Below are positions 33,086 to 47,930 of a stretch of 64,000 nucleotides of DNA, in pieces (the stretch's first letter is position 1; every line of letters starts with the position of its first letter). The notes under the pieces are model-generated. The model ran no database searches, was not told the origin of the DNA, and was given only the letters and a program-made list of their open reading frames with translations. Source of the stretch: the human T2T-CHM13v2.0 reference genome, Homo sapiens; the NCBI RefSeq assembly GCF_009914755.1, contig NC_060934.1; one strand, written 5' to 3'. The position numbers and the translations under genes are program-made.

Positions 33086-34049
33086 TTTTTGTCACTGTCA
33101 GTTTTTACTCATTAATATTTCTCTGCGATCTTATCATGTGTGTACATAAAGAGCTTCCTTTTGTTTTTCCAGGTACAACAGCAGGTTCTTTTCTGATTCC
33201 GCAAAGTCCTGCATGGGGTGGAGGCAGAGACAGAAGAGAATGTAAACACTGGGTTCCACCCCCTGGAAATTAAGGGAAGACCCCTTACCCAGATAGGGAC
33301 TGATTGGAGAGGTGGAAGGGAACAAGGTGAAAGGTAGGGGTCCTGGTAAGAGAAAGCAGGGGGGCCTGAGAACACAGAGGAAAGTGGTTGAGAAATGTTC
33401 TCTCATATGCTCTTTAAGAAAAGCAAATGCCCCTTTTTTTTTGTCCCAGAAAGCATGTCTCTTTATCTAGAATTAGGCCATGTGCCCACTCCTGAAACAG
33501 TAGCTATGACCAAGGGATTAGATTTTGCCCAATACCTCAGGCCTGGCTTGCATGTGCCATTCCTAGGGCCAGGAGTGGAGTCAGAATCCTCAAATGACAT
33601 GCTACACATGAGGAGGGTGTCCACACTCAAGTAAAATTGGGATGGATACCAAGAGAAGGGGTTACGTTCCCTTCTCACAATGCCTCTGTTCAAGTACTAC
33701 GGGCTTTTAGAGTTTGCCATACTGTACCCCCACCCCAGCCTACCTCACCCTGGTCTCTCTGAGGAGGGGCCTTTTACTTCTCTGAATGACCTGTGGTACT
33801 GATTTTCTGCATTTTTCAAATTTTCAATCATCCTACTTGTTAATTTACTTTCTGCAGATGCTGTCATCTCCCTGCTCTGCTATGTCTTCATTCCTCACAG
33901 TACCTGAACACAAAGCTGTGGTGTTATCAGACTTTAACTGAAGGTTTGGGGTCCCGAAGAGGATTATAACATAGCACAAAACTCAAAATTGAACATTGAT
34001 GATGTCATTATGAATATCCAAAAGTTCCCTGACCAAACTCATTTTAAGG

Positions 34050-34590
34050 ACTGCGGTAATTTAAAAGTATGTCTACAAATTAGTTGATACTTCTTTATTC
34101 AAAAGGTGGAGCCGAATTCCCCTCCCCTTGAATGTGGACTAGGAGTTAGTGACTCACTTTCAACAAATAATGTGTGGCAGAAGTGAAGATATTTGACTTC
34201 TGAGGCTAGGTCATACAAAGGATAAAGTTTCTACCTGGCTCGTTCTCTTTAGGATCACCCTGGGGGAAGCCAGCTACCATGTAATGAAGGTACTCAAGCA
34301 GCCCTGGGAAAGAACCATGTGAAAAGAAACTGGGGCCTCCCACCAATAGCCAGCATCAACTTGCCAGCCATGCATGCCATCTTGGAAAGATATCTCCTAG
34401 TTCCAGCTAAGACTTTAGCCGCCTATAACCCCAGCTGACATCTTGTTTGCAACCTCATGAGAAGATCCTTAGTTGAGGGGCAACCAAACTCCTGACCCAC
34501 AGAAATTGTGAGAGATAATAATGCTTATTGCTATTTTAAGCTGCAAAGTTTTGGAGTAATTTGCTATGTAGCAACAGATAAGTAATACAG
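34050..34590 (+). mobile_element. MaLR LTR (MLT1-like)
   Basis: Ends TTTGGAGTAATTTGCTATGTAGCAACAGATAAGTAATACA. Confidence 0.7.
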
Positions 34591-35461
34591 AGAGTCTCTC
34601 ATGGGCCGTTTTCTTCCGTCTTATCTGCCATCTTGCCTTGATCCTTCCGCTTTTTTCATCTCTTTTTCTTTTTTCCTTGCCAGAGCTCCCCAAACCCAGT
34701 CTCTAGAGGGAATGCTCAAAATTACTGTATTTCACTTTGCAGAGTAATTTAAGTCTTCTTGGTCTAAACATCTCCCATCTAGATTAAGCCCAAGGGATTC
34801 CATCTTTTTGGACCAAACATACCTGTTAAGGTCCAAAACAGATATTCTGTCTTCCTACCAGGCCCAGTGGCATCAGGTCCAGTCAGACAGCTGCCAGCTT
34901 GCCCTAATAGAAGTAGATATAGGCAAAGTACTATAAGAGCAAAAAATAAGAAGCATGTAAGCTGACTTGGGGGCTTATGGAGGAGGTAACATTTGAGCTG
35001 AGTTTTTAAGGATATGTAGGAGTTCATTTGGTAGAGAAGTGAATGAAAGTTAGTTATGCAGAGTAAAAGCAAGTAAAAAAGCTCAGAGGTGAGAAAAGTT
35101 ATAATCAATTCTGAGAACTTTAAATATGTAAGGGTTCTGGGTGACAACATCTATTAGTGAGCTTGGAAGCTGTTGGGGGCTAGATAATATCAGACATTGA
35201 AAGCCACACATATCAGGAGACTACAGACAACATAAATCTCTGATTCACTGACTTAAAAATAAGAACAATAAGGAATTTAGTATTTCAAATAATAAGCCCA
35301 AGGTAAGACTGCTCCAATATCTTAATTTAGCAGCTTGATGATGTTATCAAGAACCCAGTTTGCTTCTGTATTTCTATTCTGTTATCCCCAGTCTTGTACC
35401 CCCATGATTATAAGATGGTTACAGCAGCTCCAAGCATCATGTCCTTAAGATTACACCTGGA

Positions 35462-35685
35462 CAGCCTGGGCAACATGGTAAAACCCCGTCTCTACCAAAA
35501 ATACAAAAAACTAGCCAGGTGTGGTGACGTGTGCCTGTAGTCCCAGTTACTCAGGAGGCAGGAGGATTGCTTGAGCCTGGGAGGCAGAGGTTGCAGTCAG
35601 CCGAGATTGCACCACCACACTCCAGCCTGAGTAACAGAGTGAGACCCATCTCAATAACAACAACAACAACAACAACAACAACAAA
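35462..35685 (+). mobile_element. 5'-truncated Alu with a (CAA)n tail
   Basis: TSD AAGAT(T/C)ACACCTGGA. Confidence 0.85.
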
Positions 35686-35744
35686 AAGATCACACCTGGA
35701 AGTAGAAAGGGGGCCTTCTCTTCTTTTTCGGTCATTATATAAAT

Positions 35745-36567
35745 TTTTTTAAAAAAGAAATGGGCTCTTGCTATATTGCCCAGGCTGGAGTGCGGTGGCT
35801 ACTGATAGGCACAATCATAACATGCATCCAGAGGAAACTGCAAATATAATTGTAAGGCAAGCCTTTAAAGAGCAGTTAAAAACTTGTTTTGAAATACGGG
35901 TTTCTAGAATTTGTTTCAACATGTTGAGTTACAGCAAATGAAATGGAGAAATAGTCTCAATGCTTTTTAACTCGCCCTGCTGACTGGAAACCTTAGAACT
36001 CAGCCTTATGAGCTGTTAATCAGATAAGCACTGCAGGTTTTTGCAAAGAATCATGCTTGACAAATGCTTGAGGGCATACGGATTTATTGAAGGAAGTATT
36101 GTCCAAACAAGACTGACAAAATTTTACAAAGAAAATAGAATTTTAAAATGTTGGGATTAAAATGTAGATCTTATCGGAGTATGGCGGTGTGCGCCTGTAA
36201 TCCCAGCTACTCAGGAGGCTGAGGCAGGAGAATCACTTGAACCCAGGAGGCAGAGGTGGCAGTGAGCCAAGATAACACCACTGCATTCCAGCCTGGGGGA
36301 CAAAGCAAGACCCCTTCTCAAAAAAAAAGGTAGTTTCTTTTCTGTTTTGAGATGTAGTTATGAAATGTAAATTAGAGGATGTTTCAATGAACTTTTGAAT
36401 TATAAGTTAATATAGTTTAAAAACCATATGAATTAAGTACTATTTAAAAAATAGGTAGGAATTATACTTCCACTCAAAAACACCTTGAACTCCTGGCCTC
36501 AAGGGATCCTCCTACCTCAGCTTTCTAAGTAACTGGGATTACAGCTGCATGCCACCACGCCCAGCCC
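35745..36567 (-). mobile_element. Fossil Alu monomer (FAM-like) split by an inserted duplicated segment
   Basis: Halves at 35745-35823 and 36481-36567. Confidence 0.75.
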
Positions 36568-38217
36568 CATTATGAAAAGTTTTCATTGACTTATACCTGT
36601 ATCGTTTTTTTCTTTCAATAATTTTGGTATGAATGTATCTCTTTTTAAGATGAAGAAAACTTTCCCTAGAAATGTCTTCCCTCCTCCCTGGGCATTCTTC
36701 TCAACAGCTGACTTCCCTTTCATATTATTAGCTAAAATTGTACCATATGCCCATTTAAACCAATATTTTGTGAGGGTATGGGCCCACCATGATTGACTTA
36801 GACAATCACAATTTATCTCCTGGGACTGAGGTTGGAGCCTAGCACCCTTCAAGCACATGGCCAAGCATATTCAGTGTGGTTACTTGTCAAGCTAACAAGG
36901 TAGAAGAGAGAGCCTACTTCTAGAATAGGCTATCAGCGGGATCTCCCACGCCATGCTAAGGAATTTGGACCATATCTCATTGGAATAAGAAACTACTATG
37001 GGATCACAGGATGGGCTAAAAAAATAATAAGGAACTTCTGGAAGAAGGTACTTCTGGAATAGGCTGTCAGTGGGATCTGCCACACCATGCTTAGGAATTT
37101 GGACTATATCTCGTCAGAATAAGAAACTACTATGGGACCACAAGATGGGCTAAAAAAAAATAAGGAACTAGTGAAGGATTTTAGATCAGGAAGTAGCATG
37201 ATGAGGTTTCCCAATGGTAACAGAATCAAGGGGCACTCAGGAGGGGCATGGGTCTGGGGGCAGGGCCACCAGTTGGAAGGCTTCATTAGAAGATCTTGGA
37301 GAGGATTTTAGGCAGTTGAATTAAGCACCCCTAGTGACTCATTGGATGGAAAGGGAGAAAGAAAGTTAGAAGGAAGATATTCTAGGATGACTCCCATACA
37401 GGTTCCTGCTCTGGTGAATCACAGGGTATTTTGTCAAGATGGAGAATATGGATGGAGGAGGTTTGGGTGGATATGATGAGAGTGGAGAGATAATGAGTTT
37501 ATTTGGGACAATGGGGTGCCTGAAAGACAGGTGAAGAGAGATGGGTAAACTTGGAAGGGAGAGTGTAGACCACATGACACTCCTCCAAATTCCTTTAGAG
37601 GGTAGGGTGGGATGGAGTGTGGAGGGAAGGAGAATCCACAAGGGGAAATGAAGCAAAGCAAACAACTAGCACCTAATATGGGACCTGTTGGGCTGATTTT
37701 GCTCAGGGCTGGGCATCAAGCACATCTGGAGAAAAATTGCAAATGTAATTGTAAGGCAAGCCTTTAAAGAGCAGTTAAAAACCTGTTTTGAAACATAGGT
37801 TTCTATAACTTGTTGCAACATGTTGAGTTACAGCAAATGAAATAGAGAAATACTCTCAGTGCTTTTTAATTTGCCCTGCTGACTGGAAACCTCAGAACTC
37901 AGCCCTATGAGCTGTTAACCAGATAAGCATTGCTGGTTTTTGTAAAGAATTATGCTTGACAAATGCTTGAGGGCATATGGATTTATTGAAGGAAGTATTG
38001 TCCAAACCAGACTGACAAAGAAAGTTTTACAAAGAAAATATAATGAAAAAATGTTGGGATTAAAATGTAGGTCTTTTCTGTTTTATGATGTAGTTATGAA
38101 ATGTAAATTAGAGGATGTTTCAATGAACTTTTGAATTATAAGTTAATATAGTTCATAAATCATAGGAATTAAGTACTATTTTAAAAATAGGAATTATACT
38201 TCCACTCAAAAACACCT
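35823..38217 (+). repeat. Dispersed direct duplication of ~490 bp: copy A 35823-36485 (contains an Alu right arm at 36174-36329), copy B 37721-38217
   Basis: Near-identical blocks such as GTAAGGCAAGCCTTTAAAGAGCAGTTAAAAAC and GGAATTATACTTCCACTCAAAAACACCT. Confidence 0.93.
36915..37169 (+). repeat. Tandem duplication of ~120 bp (36915-37036 and 37049-37169)
   Basis: TACTTCT(A/G)GAATAGGCT...GATGGGCTAAAAAAAA..TAAGGAACT occurs twice. Confidence 0.92.
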
Positions 38218-38599
38218 ATTTTGTGGAACACTAAAGTTTGAAATATATATGTATAGAGATTAGACTTAGAACTCACAGAAGGTAAATTCAAGAAATTTTT
38301 AAAAATTACTCCAAAACATTATTTTAGTTCTTTCCATATCTATTTTGTTCTAGGAACTGAACTGGGTTCTGAAATAATAAAAATAACTGGTATCTGTATA
38401 ATGTTGTGGTTAATCCCAACTTTATGCAACTATTCTATTCAATGTGGTTTCTGGGGGTCCAGATAAAATATAACACTTGAAGCAGAGTGGGGATTGAGGG
38501 ACAGAGAAAAAAAAACTGAGAACTGAGAATTGAAGAAGAAAGGCAAATTAGGAAGTTCAACAAGGTTAGGAGAGTAGTGGAGCCAAAAAAACAATAGTC

Positions 38600-39320
38600 A
38601 TGAGAACTGAATATAGAAACTGGACAATGGCTAGATCTTATATGACAATTAGAACTCTGACCCACAACCTCTACAGCAACCAGCCGAGAATAATCAGGAC
38701 TTGGTCAATGACTCAGTTTCCCTGTTTTTTGCCGCCTCCTTTCTTCAACTCAGAACCCACTAAAGACAGCCAAATATGCTACCTACCCCAAACCAATCAC
38801 CTAAGAGACACTACTTTTGTTAGCCCACCTCCAGCTTTCCCATGCTAATACCCTCAAGTCAGAGTATACATGAAACCTTCCCTTTTTGTTCACTACTAAG
38901 CTTTCCTGGCCAGGTGCAGCTGCTCATCCCTGTAATCCCAGCACTTTGGGAGGCTGAGACAGGAAGACTGCTTGAGCCCAGGAGTTCAAGACCAGCCTGG
39001 ACAACATAGTGAGACTCCATCTCTACAAAGAATTAAAAAAAAATAAGCTGGGCATGGTGGCACGTGCCTGTAGAGCCAGCTACTCAGGAGGTTGAGGTGG
39101 GAGGATCGCTTGCTCAGGAGGTCGAGGCTGCAGTGAACCACGATCGCACCACTGCACTCCAGCCTGGATGACAACAGAGTGAGACCCTGTAGGTAATTAA
39201 GTAAGTAAGTAGTTTTCCTAATGTCCTGACAGGCTTTGAGTCGGCCAAATGCAAGTGATGGTGACTGACTCCCTTGTCATAGTAAGCTTTGAATAAATAA
39301 AGCATTTGGGTGGTCTTCCT
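38600..39320 (+). mobile_element. ERV1-type LTR (MER39-like) interrupted by an Alu (+, 38908-39189)
   Basis: CACAACCTCT...CAGGACTTGGTCAATGACT motif; AATAAA near the end. Confidence 0.55.
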
Positions 39321-39689
39321 CCCCGATCCCCCCCATTCATTCATTTGCTTATTAATTATACATTAGTTGTGTTTTATCTGCCAGGCAGTGGCCAGTATTG
39401 GGAATATGTGGAAGCAAATAGTCCCTGCCTTCAAGGATATTCTGTCTAGTGGGACAGACAGACAGACATATACGTATAATAGTAATTCAACGTGCTAAGT
39501 GAAACAATAGGCATGTATAAAAAAGGTGTAGTAGGTCAAGTAGGGCTTTTAGGGGAAGGCGACCCTTAAGATGGGTGGTAAGGGATGAGTAGGAGGTGAT
39601 TTGGCTAAGAGGCCGGGACGGTTATTCAAGGCAGGTGGAGGGGCAGAATGAGCAAAACAGGACGCGTTGCTGGAGCGTGGTAAGGAAGG

Positions 39690-40850
39690 CAAGTAGCGGC
39701 AGAGGACGGCGGTAGGGCGGATCGTGGGGCGCAATGGATGTGCCACGTTGGAAAGAGCTTGGACTTTATGCCGTCCTCCTGGAAATGAGATAACGGCTGG
39801 TGTAAGCAAGAAAGAAACACACACACACCCACGCGCGCGCGTCGTTTCCTTTGTGTTACTGTAAGGTCAAGGAGGGCGGCGACACAGAAATTCATGATGA
39901 CTGGCATAAGCAGACATTCAATGAATGAATGAATGGACATAAGCACTTTGGTGTAAACGTCATTGTCTTCGATTTCTGTTTTCTCACGGGGCAAGACAGT
40001 GAGGTCGGGGCATCAGTTTGGGAGGTGATAGGGAAGGTTTAAGGTGAGAGAACTGCCATTCTGGTAGGGAGGGTCAGTGGGCACAAAACCAACAATAGGT
40101 TATGGGCAAGGGATGCGCTTCGGTCGCGAACACCCTGAACCCACCTACCGGAGCTACTCTGTCCCAGGAGCGGCCGTGGAGAAAGCAACCAGCCGAGAGT
40201 TCGCGCCCCAGGGAGGGAAGCGGGCACAGGGCCGCCCAGCGCCACTCACCTGTGAGCTCTCCGCGGGCCCTGCAGGCGGAGCCTCGGTACGACGCCTTTC
40301 CGATTGGGCGCGGCTCAAAGTCCCGGGGCGGGCATCAGAGGCCGAGCGCTCTAGGGGATTGGCCACCCTGGCGGACGGACGTGCTGCTGACCGAGCTGGT
40401 TCGCCCCCGGTTCGGCTCGTGGAGAGCCGGCCCCTCCGTGAGTCTTCTGTCAGTCATTGGCTCCCTGCGGTTTCCTTGGGGACGTGGCGCCGCCGCCGGC
40501 CGGGCCCTCCTTCCGGCTGGGCAAGGGGCCGCGGGGAGCAGCTCGGGACTGAACCGAGAGGTGCCGAAGGAACCGGCGGGCCGCTTGATCCCGTGAGTGT
40601 GGGCGCGAGAGGGCTGTGGGACCCGGAGGGACGGGGAGAGGAAGCGGGACCCACACCCCGCCACCTGGGGACGACCGGTTCCTAGAGGACAGAGCTGGCC
40701 CACGAGAACGCCCCGCTCCCAGGATGCCCGGGTAGGGTCCCCTGGGCCTGAGGAACCAGAGCAGACGGAGCGGGAGCCTGGGGAGGAGGTGGGAGCCGTG
40801 GAATTCCCGTGCAGGTTTGTCTCGTGGGCTCAGTCGGACAGAAGCCTGAA
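39690..40850. promoter_or_regulatory. CpG island / ENTPD7 promoter
   Basis: CpG-rich; ATTGG at 40303 and 40358; GC box at 40325. Confidence 0.9.
40385..40592 (+). other. ENTPD7: ENTPD7 non-coding exon 1 (5' boundary approximate)
   Basis: Lies downstream of CCAAT/GC boxes; donor CCC|GTGAGT at 40592/40593. Confidence 0.65.
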
Positions 40851-40960
40851 ATCAAATCTTTCTAGGCTGCAGACGTAGGAGATGCCTGGGACAAGGAGGC
40901 CACCTTCTCAGGGCAAAAGAAAAAGAAGGTGACAGGCGTTGAGACCACCGAAGGGAACCC

Positions 40961-40968
40961 ATGGCTAG
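40961..40968 (+). CDS. ENTPD7: ENTPD7 start (M-A-R) at the end of exon 2 (40866-40968)
   Basis: Acceptor CTTTCTAG| at 40865; ATGGCTAG|GTAAGG phase-2 donor joins exon 3 to give MARISFSY. Confidence 0.88.
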
Positions 40969-41499
40969 GTAAGGCTGCACACTTTCCCTCCGGCTGGGAG
41001 CACGGCAGAGGATGGCAGGCAGGTTGGGGGGCCCTGGGAGGCTGTCCCAAGTGAGGTTTGCCCTGGAGCTGCACTTGGACTTTGTATTCTGGTTAGTTGG
41101 ATGCAGAGACGATCAAAGTTGTATTATTTCGAGGGCTGATAAATAATAGTTTCTAGCCCATAGACCAGGAGTGGTAGAGTGAGTCGGCTTGCTCAGCTCT
41201 GTAAAGTGCAAGGTTGTAACATTGATTCAGATTCGCATCTGAGCAAGGCTAGGTGCCACTTGAGGAGGTTAAACAAAGAAGTTTTTTTGTTTTTTGTTTG
41301 CAGTGAACTTTAAAAGCAGACAGACCGAGGTCCTTTTGAATCAATATACAAAGTGAACTTCACAGATGAATACACTTATCCATACATTATAATAACCTGA
41401 AGCTTTTAAAAAATATTAATGTGGATCTACATGCACCAATAAGGGAAAGTTATAAAATAAAGTGGGGGAAAGATGCAGAACAGCAGGTATGGTGGACTA

Positions 41500-41931
<432 letters not shown>

Positions 41932-42441
41932 TTACACAGCAACTGGGTAGTAATGTTTGCCTCTGAGAGATTGTGGGGTCAGGGCAAGAATCACTTTTCA
42001 CTATACAATATATCCTTTTAAACTGATTTGTCTTTTACTATGTGCTTGTATAATCTGGTAAAACATTTTTAAAATCAGTTAAATAAATTTTCTGACCATC
42101 CTGTTTCTTGACAGAATTCTTGGTTGGGAATACTGTAGTTGCTCTGATTCTCCAATGTTATGAGGTTGCCCAGGGAGACTGGTGATCTTTTCACTAACAT
42201 GAGATTAAGTCTTTGAATTGCACTCAAAGTGCAGTTTGGAAAAAGGGCAGATAAGGCTTTTCTGATATATATAGTAGAAGCACCATGAGCTTCTTCTAAA
42301 ATTAGAGATGACAAGAACATTTAGACTTCTGTTGGCATGGATTTTTGCCTTTATTAGGAGGGTTTTATCCAATTTTAAAACGATATTTAAGCACTCAGTT
42401 GTAGAAATGTTTCAGACTTACTAATGTTTGTCTAATTTCAG

Positions 42442-42624
42442 GATCAGTTTTTCCTACCTCTGCCCAGCCTCCTGGTACTTCACTGTGCCCACAGTGAGTC
42501 CATTTCTCCGTCAGCGGGTGGCATTCCTGGGACTCTTCTTCATATCCTGTCTCCTTTTACTTATGTTAATCATAGACTTTCGACATTGGAGTGCTTCATT
42601 ACCACGAGATAGGCAATACGAAAG
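42442..42624 (+). CDS. ENTPD7: ENTPD7 exon 3, N-terminal transmembrane segment
   Basis: TTTCAG|G; ISFSYLCPASWYF...VAFLGLFFISCLLLLMLII...RQYE; AG|GTGAGT; 183 nt. Confidence 0.95.
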
Positions 42625-42869
42625 GTGAGTCAGCTTTAGATTTTGGCACTCAAGTCATAAATATTTTCATAAGCTGTTTAACACACTACTGACTTTGACC
42701 CTTTTGGGTGATACTGTACTTTTATTAGTAAAATTGCATGCCATTTATTACATAAAGAAGATTTTAAGCCCTATTTTGGCAATATGCAGTTTGGTACAGG
42801 AATACTGATACTGCATGAAAGGCATCTTTGTGTTTTCTTGTTTTGGTGGGCTGAAACTTATTGTGTGTA

Positions 42870-45060
42870 TAAATGTTTAGGACTGTATTATACCTTTATG
42901 AATGGACCCCTTTATCATTATTAAATGATTTTCTTTATCCTTGATTATATACTTTGCTCTGAAATCTACTAGTCTGGTATTAATATAGCTACTCCAACTT
43001 TCTTTTGATTAACATTAGCATGACAGATATTTCTTCTATAGTTTTAGTTTTAGCCTATTGGTGTCTTTATATAAGTGGGCTTCTTGTAGTCAGTGTTTGG
43101 TTGGGTCTTGTTTTTTTATCCAATCTGACTATCTCTGCAGTTAATTGGGGTGTTCGGGCCATTTATATTTAATCTGATTATTTAGTATGTTTAGTTTTAA
43201 TCTTGCTATGTGTTTTTCATTTGTCACATTTGTTCTTGTTCTTTTTCCTCTTTTTCCCTCTTCTTTTCAGTTGAGCACAGTTTTTATGTTTCCATTTTAT
43301 CTCTCATGTTGGCTTATTAGATATAACTTCTTCTTTTTTTAGTGGTTACTTTAAAGTTTATAGTGTCATCTTTAATTATCACAATCTTCCTTCAAGTAAT
43401 ATTACTCCTCTTCACATCTAGAACAAGAACCTAACAACAGTATACTTTCATTCCTCCCTTCCCCTTGGTCTTTCTGCTACTGTCATGTATTTTATTTCTA
43501 CATGTTATAAGCTCCACAATATATTGTTATTATTTTTGTGTTAGTCAATTGTCTTTTGAAGAGATTTTCAATATAAGAAAAAAAGGCTTATGTATTTAAC
43601 CATATTGTTGCCTGAAAGGGTCATATAAGCAAAGTGACCCTTGAATGCTGAAGGGACGGAGAAGGCAGGCAAATTGTTCGTTGGTATTCATTGATTTATT
43701 GAGGGAATTTGCAGACAGAAGCGTGGCCCTGGGTAGCTGCAAGACAGATAGATCTCCATACTGTTACTCCCCAGACCCAGGGCTTATATAGTACAGGGAG
43801 ATGGTATATGCACCCTGTGCAAGACAATTAAAGACAGCCCTCCAGAACAGGTAAGAATGCTGCATGTGCCATATCCTGTCATTTGTGTGCCAACACCAAG
43901 GTTGACATGTTCTTACAGTAGTAAATAAAGCAGGAATCAAGAGGCATTTACGGGACTGAGGCTAGTCAGAAGTCAATGTGGCAGATTAACATCCAAGATG
44001 GAGTCACTTTTGTCTATATTTACCATTTCTGGTCTGCTTCATTCCTTTGTGTAGATCCATATTTCCATCTGGATCCATATTTCCATATTTGCTTTTACCT
44101 CAAGAACATTCTCTAGCATTTCTAGTAGAGCAAGTATGCGGTGATAAATTCTTTCAACTTTTATATGACTGAAAAAGTCCCTATTTTGCTTTCCTTTTGA
44201 AAGAAATGTTCATTGGGTATAGAACTCTAGGTTGATCATTTTTTTTCCTTTCATTACTTTAAAGATGATGCTTCACTGTCTTTTGGCTTGCATTCTTTCT
44301 GAGATGTCTGCTGTCCTTTTAATCTTTGTTCTCTCTGTATAGAATGTATCTTTTTCCTCTGAATACTTTTAGAATTTTCTGTTTATCACTGGTTTTAAGC
44401 AATTTGATTGTGATGTGCTTTGATGTTGTTTTCTACATGATTTTATTTGTTTTTTTTTTTTTTTGAGACTATCTCGCGCATCTCCCAGGTTGGAGTGCAA
44501 TGGTGCAATCATAGCCCGCTGCAGCCTCAATCTCCTGGGCTCAAGCTATCTTCCTGCCTCAGCCTCCCGAGTAACTGGGACTACAGGCATATGCCATCAT
44601 ACCTGGCTAATTTTTTTGATTTTTAGTAGAAGTGAGGTCTCGCAGTGTTGCTCAAGCTGGTCTCAAACTGCTGAGCTCAACCTATCCTCCTGCCTCGGCC
44701 TCCCAAAGTGCTGGGATTACTGGCATGGGTCACCGTGCCCTGCTTACCTGATTCTTGTGCTTGTGATTTGTTGATTCTTGGATCTATGGATTTGTAGTTT
44801 TAATCAAATTTGGAAACATTTTGTCCATTACTTCTTCAGATTTTTGTTGTTGTTGTTCTCCCCTGCTTTTCCTCTGGGGACTCCAGTAACATGTATATTG
44901 AACTATGTGATGTTTTCCCACAGCTCACTGATGTTCATTTTTTTTCCAGTCTTTTTTCTCTCTGTGTTTCATTCGTATATTTTTTTGCTGCTTTCAAATT
45001 TGTTAGTATTTTTTTCTGTAGTGTTTAATCTACTGTTCTATCCAGTGAAAGTTTGACATC
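42870..45060 (-). mobile_element. Old L1M fragment interrupted by an LTR47-like LTR (43605-44015) and an Alu (-, 44450-44742)
   Basis: T-rich L1 antisense text; the LTR minus strand begins AGACAAAAGTGACTCCATCTTGGATG. Confidence 0.65.
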
Positions 45061-45250
45061 TTTTTTCACAGATAGTACATCTGAATTATTTTATATACTT
45101 TTAGCTATACCAGTTGCACAGAAGGTCTATATTTCTTTATAGCAGTGATTCATTTTGCTATTTTTTTGAGATTAGTTTTTGATGAAGCTACAAAATTAAA
45201 TAATGGCATGTTATGTTCATTATCTTCAACATGATTTTCTTATTAAAAAA

Positions 45251-47493
<2,243 letters not shown>

Positions 47494-47586
47494 AGAACTG
47501 CTTCTTAAAGAAAGCTCACTTTGGTGGGATTGTGGAAAAAGAATTGGAGAGGAATGAAAAAGAAAGCAGGAAGAGTAATTGAACTA

Positions 47587-47930
47587 GAGATGCTCCTTGA
47601 CTTATGATGGGTTATGTAAATTGAAATATCATAAGTTGAAAATGCATTTAATACACCTAACCTAACAAATGTCATAGCTTAGCCTAGCCTACTTTAAAGG
47701 TGCTCAGAACATTTACATTAGCCTACTGTTGTGCAAAACCACCTAACAGAAGGCGTATTTTATAATAAAGTATTGAATATCTCATGTAATTTATTGAATA
47801 CTGTACTGAAAGTGAAAAACAGAATGGTTGTGTGGATACTCACGGTATACTTTCTACTGAATGTGCATCACTTTTGCACCATCATAAAGCTGAAAAATCA
47901 TAAGTTGTACCATTGTAAGTCAATGACTGT
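47587..47930 (+). mobile_element. TcMar-Tigger (MER47-like)
   Basis: GATGCTCCTTGACTTATGATGG ... CCATTGTAAGTCAA terminal inverted repeats. Confidence 0.65.

Noticed and set aside
40039-40878. ORFs up to 202 aa in the ENTPD7 CpG island
   Set aside because: Same GC artefact; mostly non-ATG starts, and they cross splice sites
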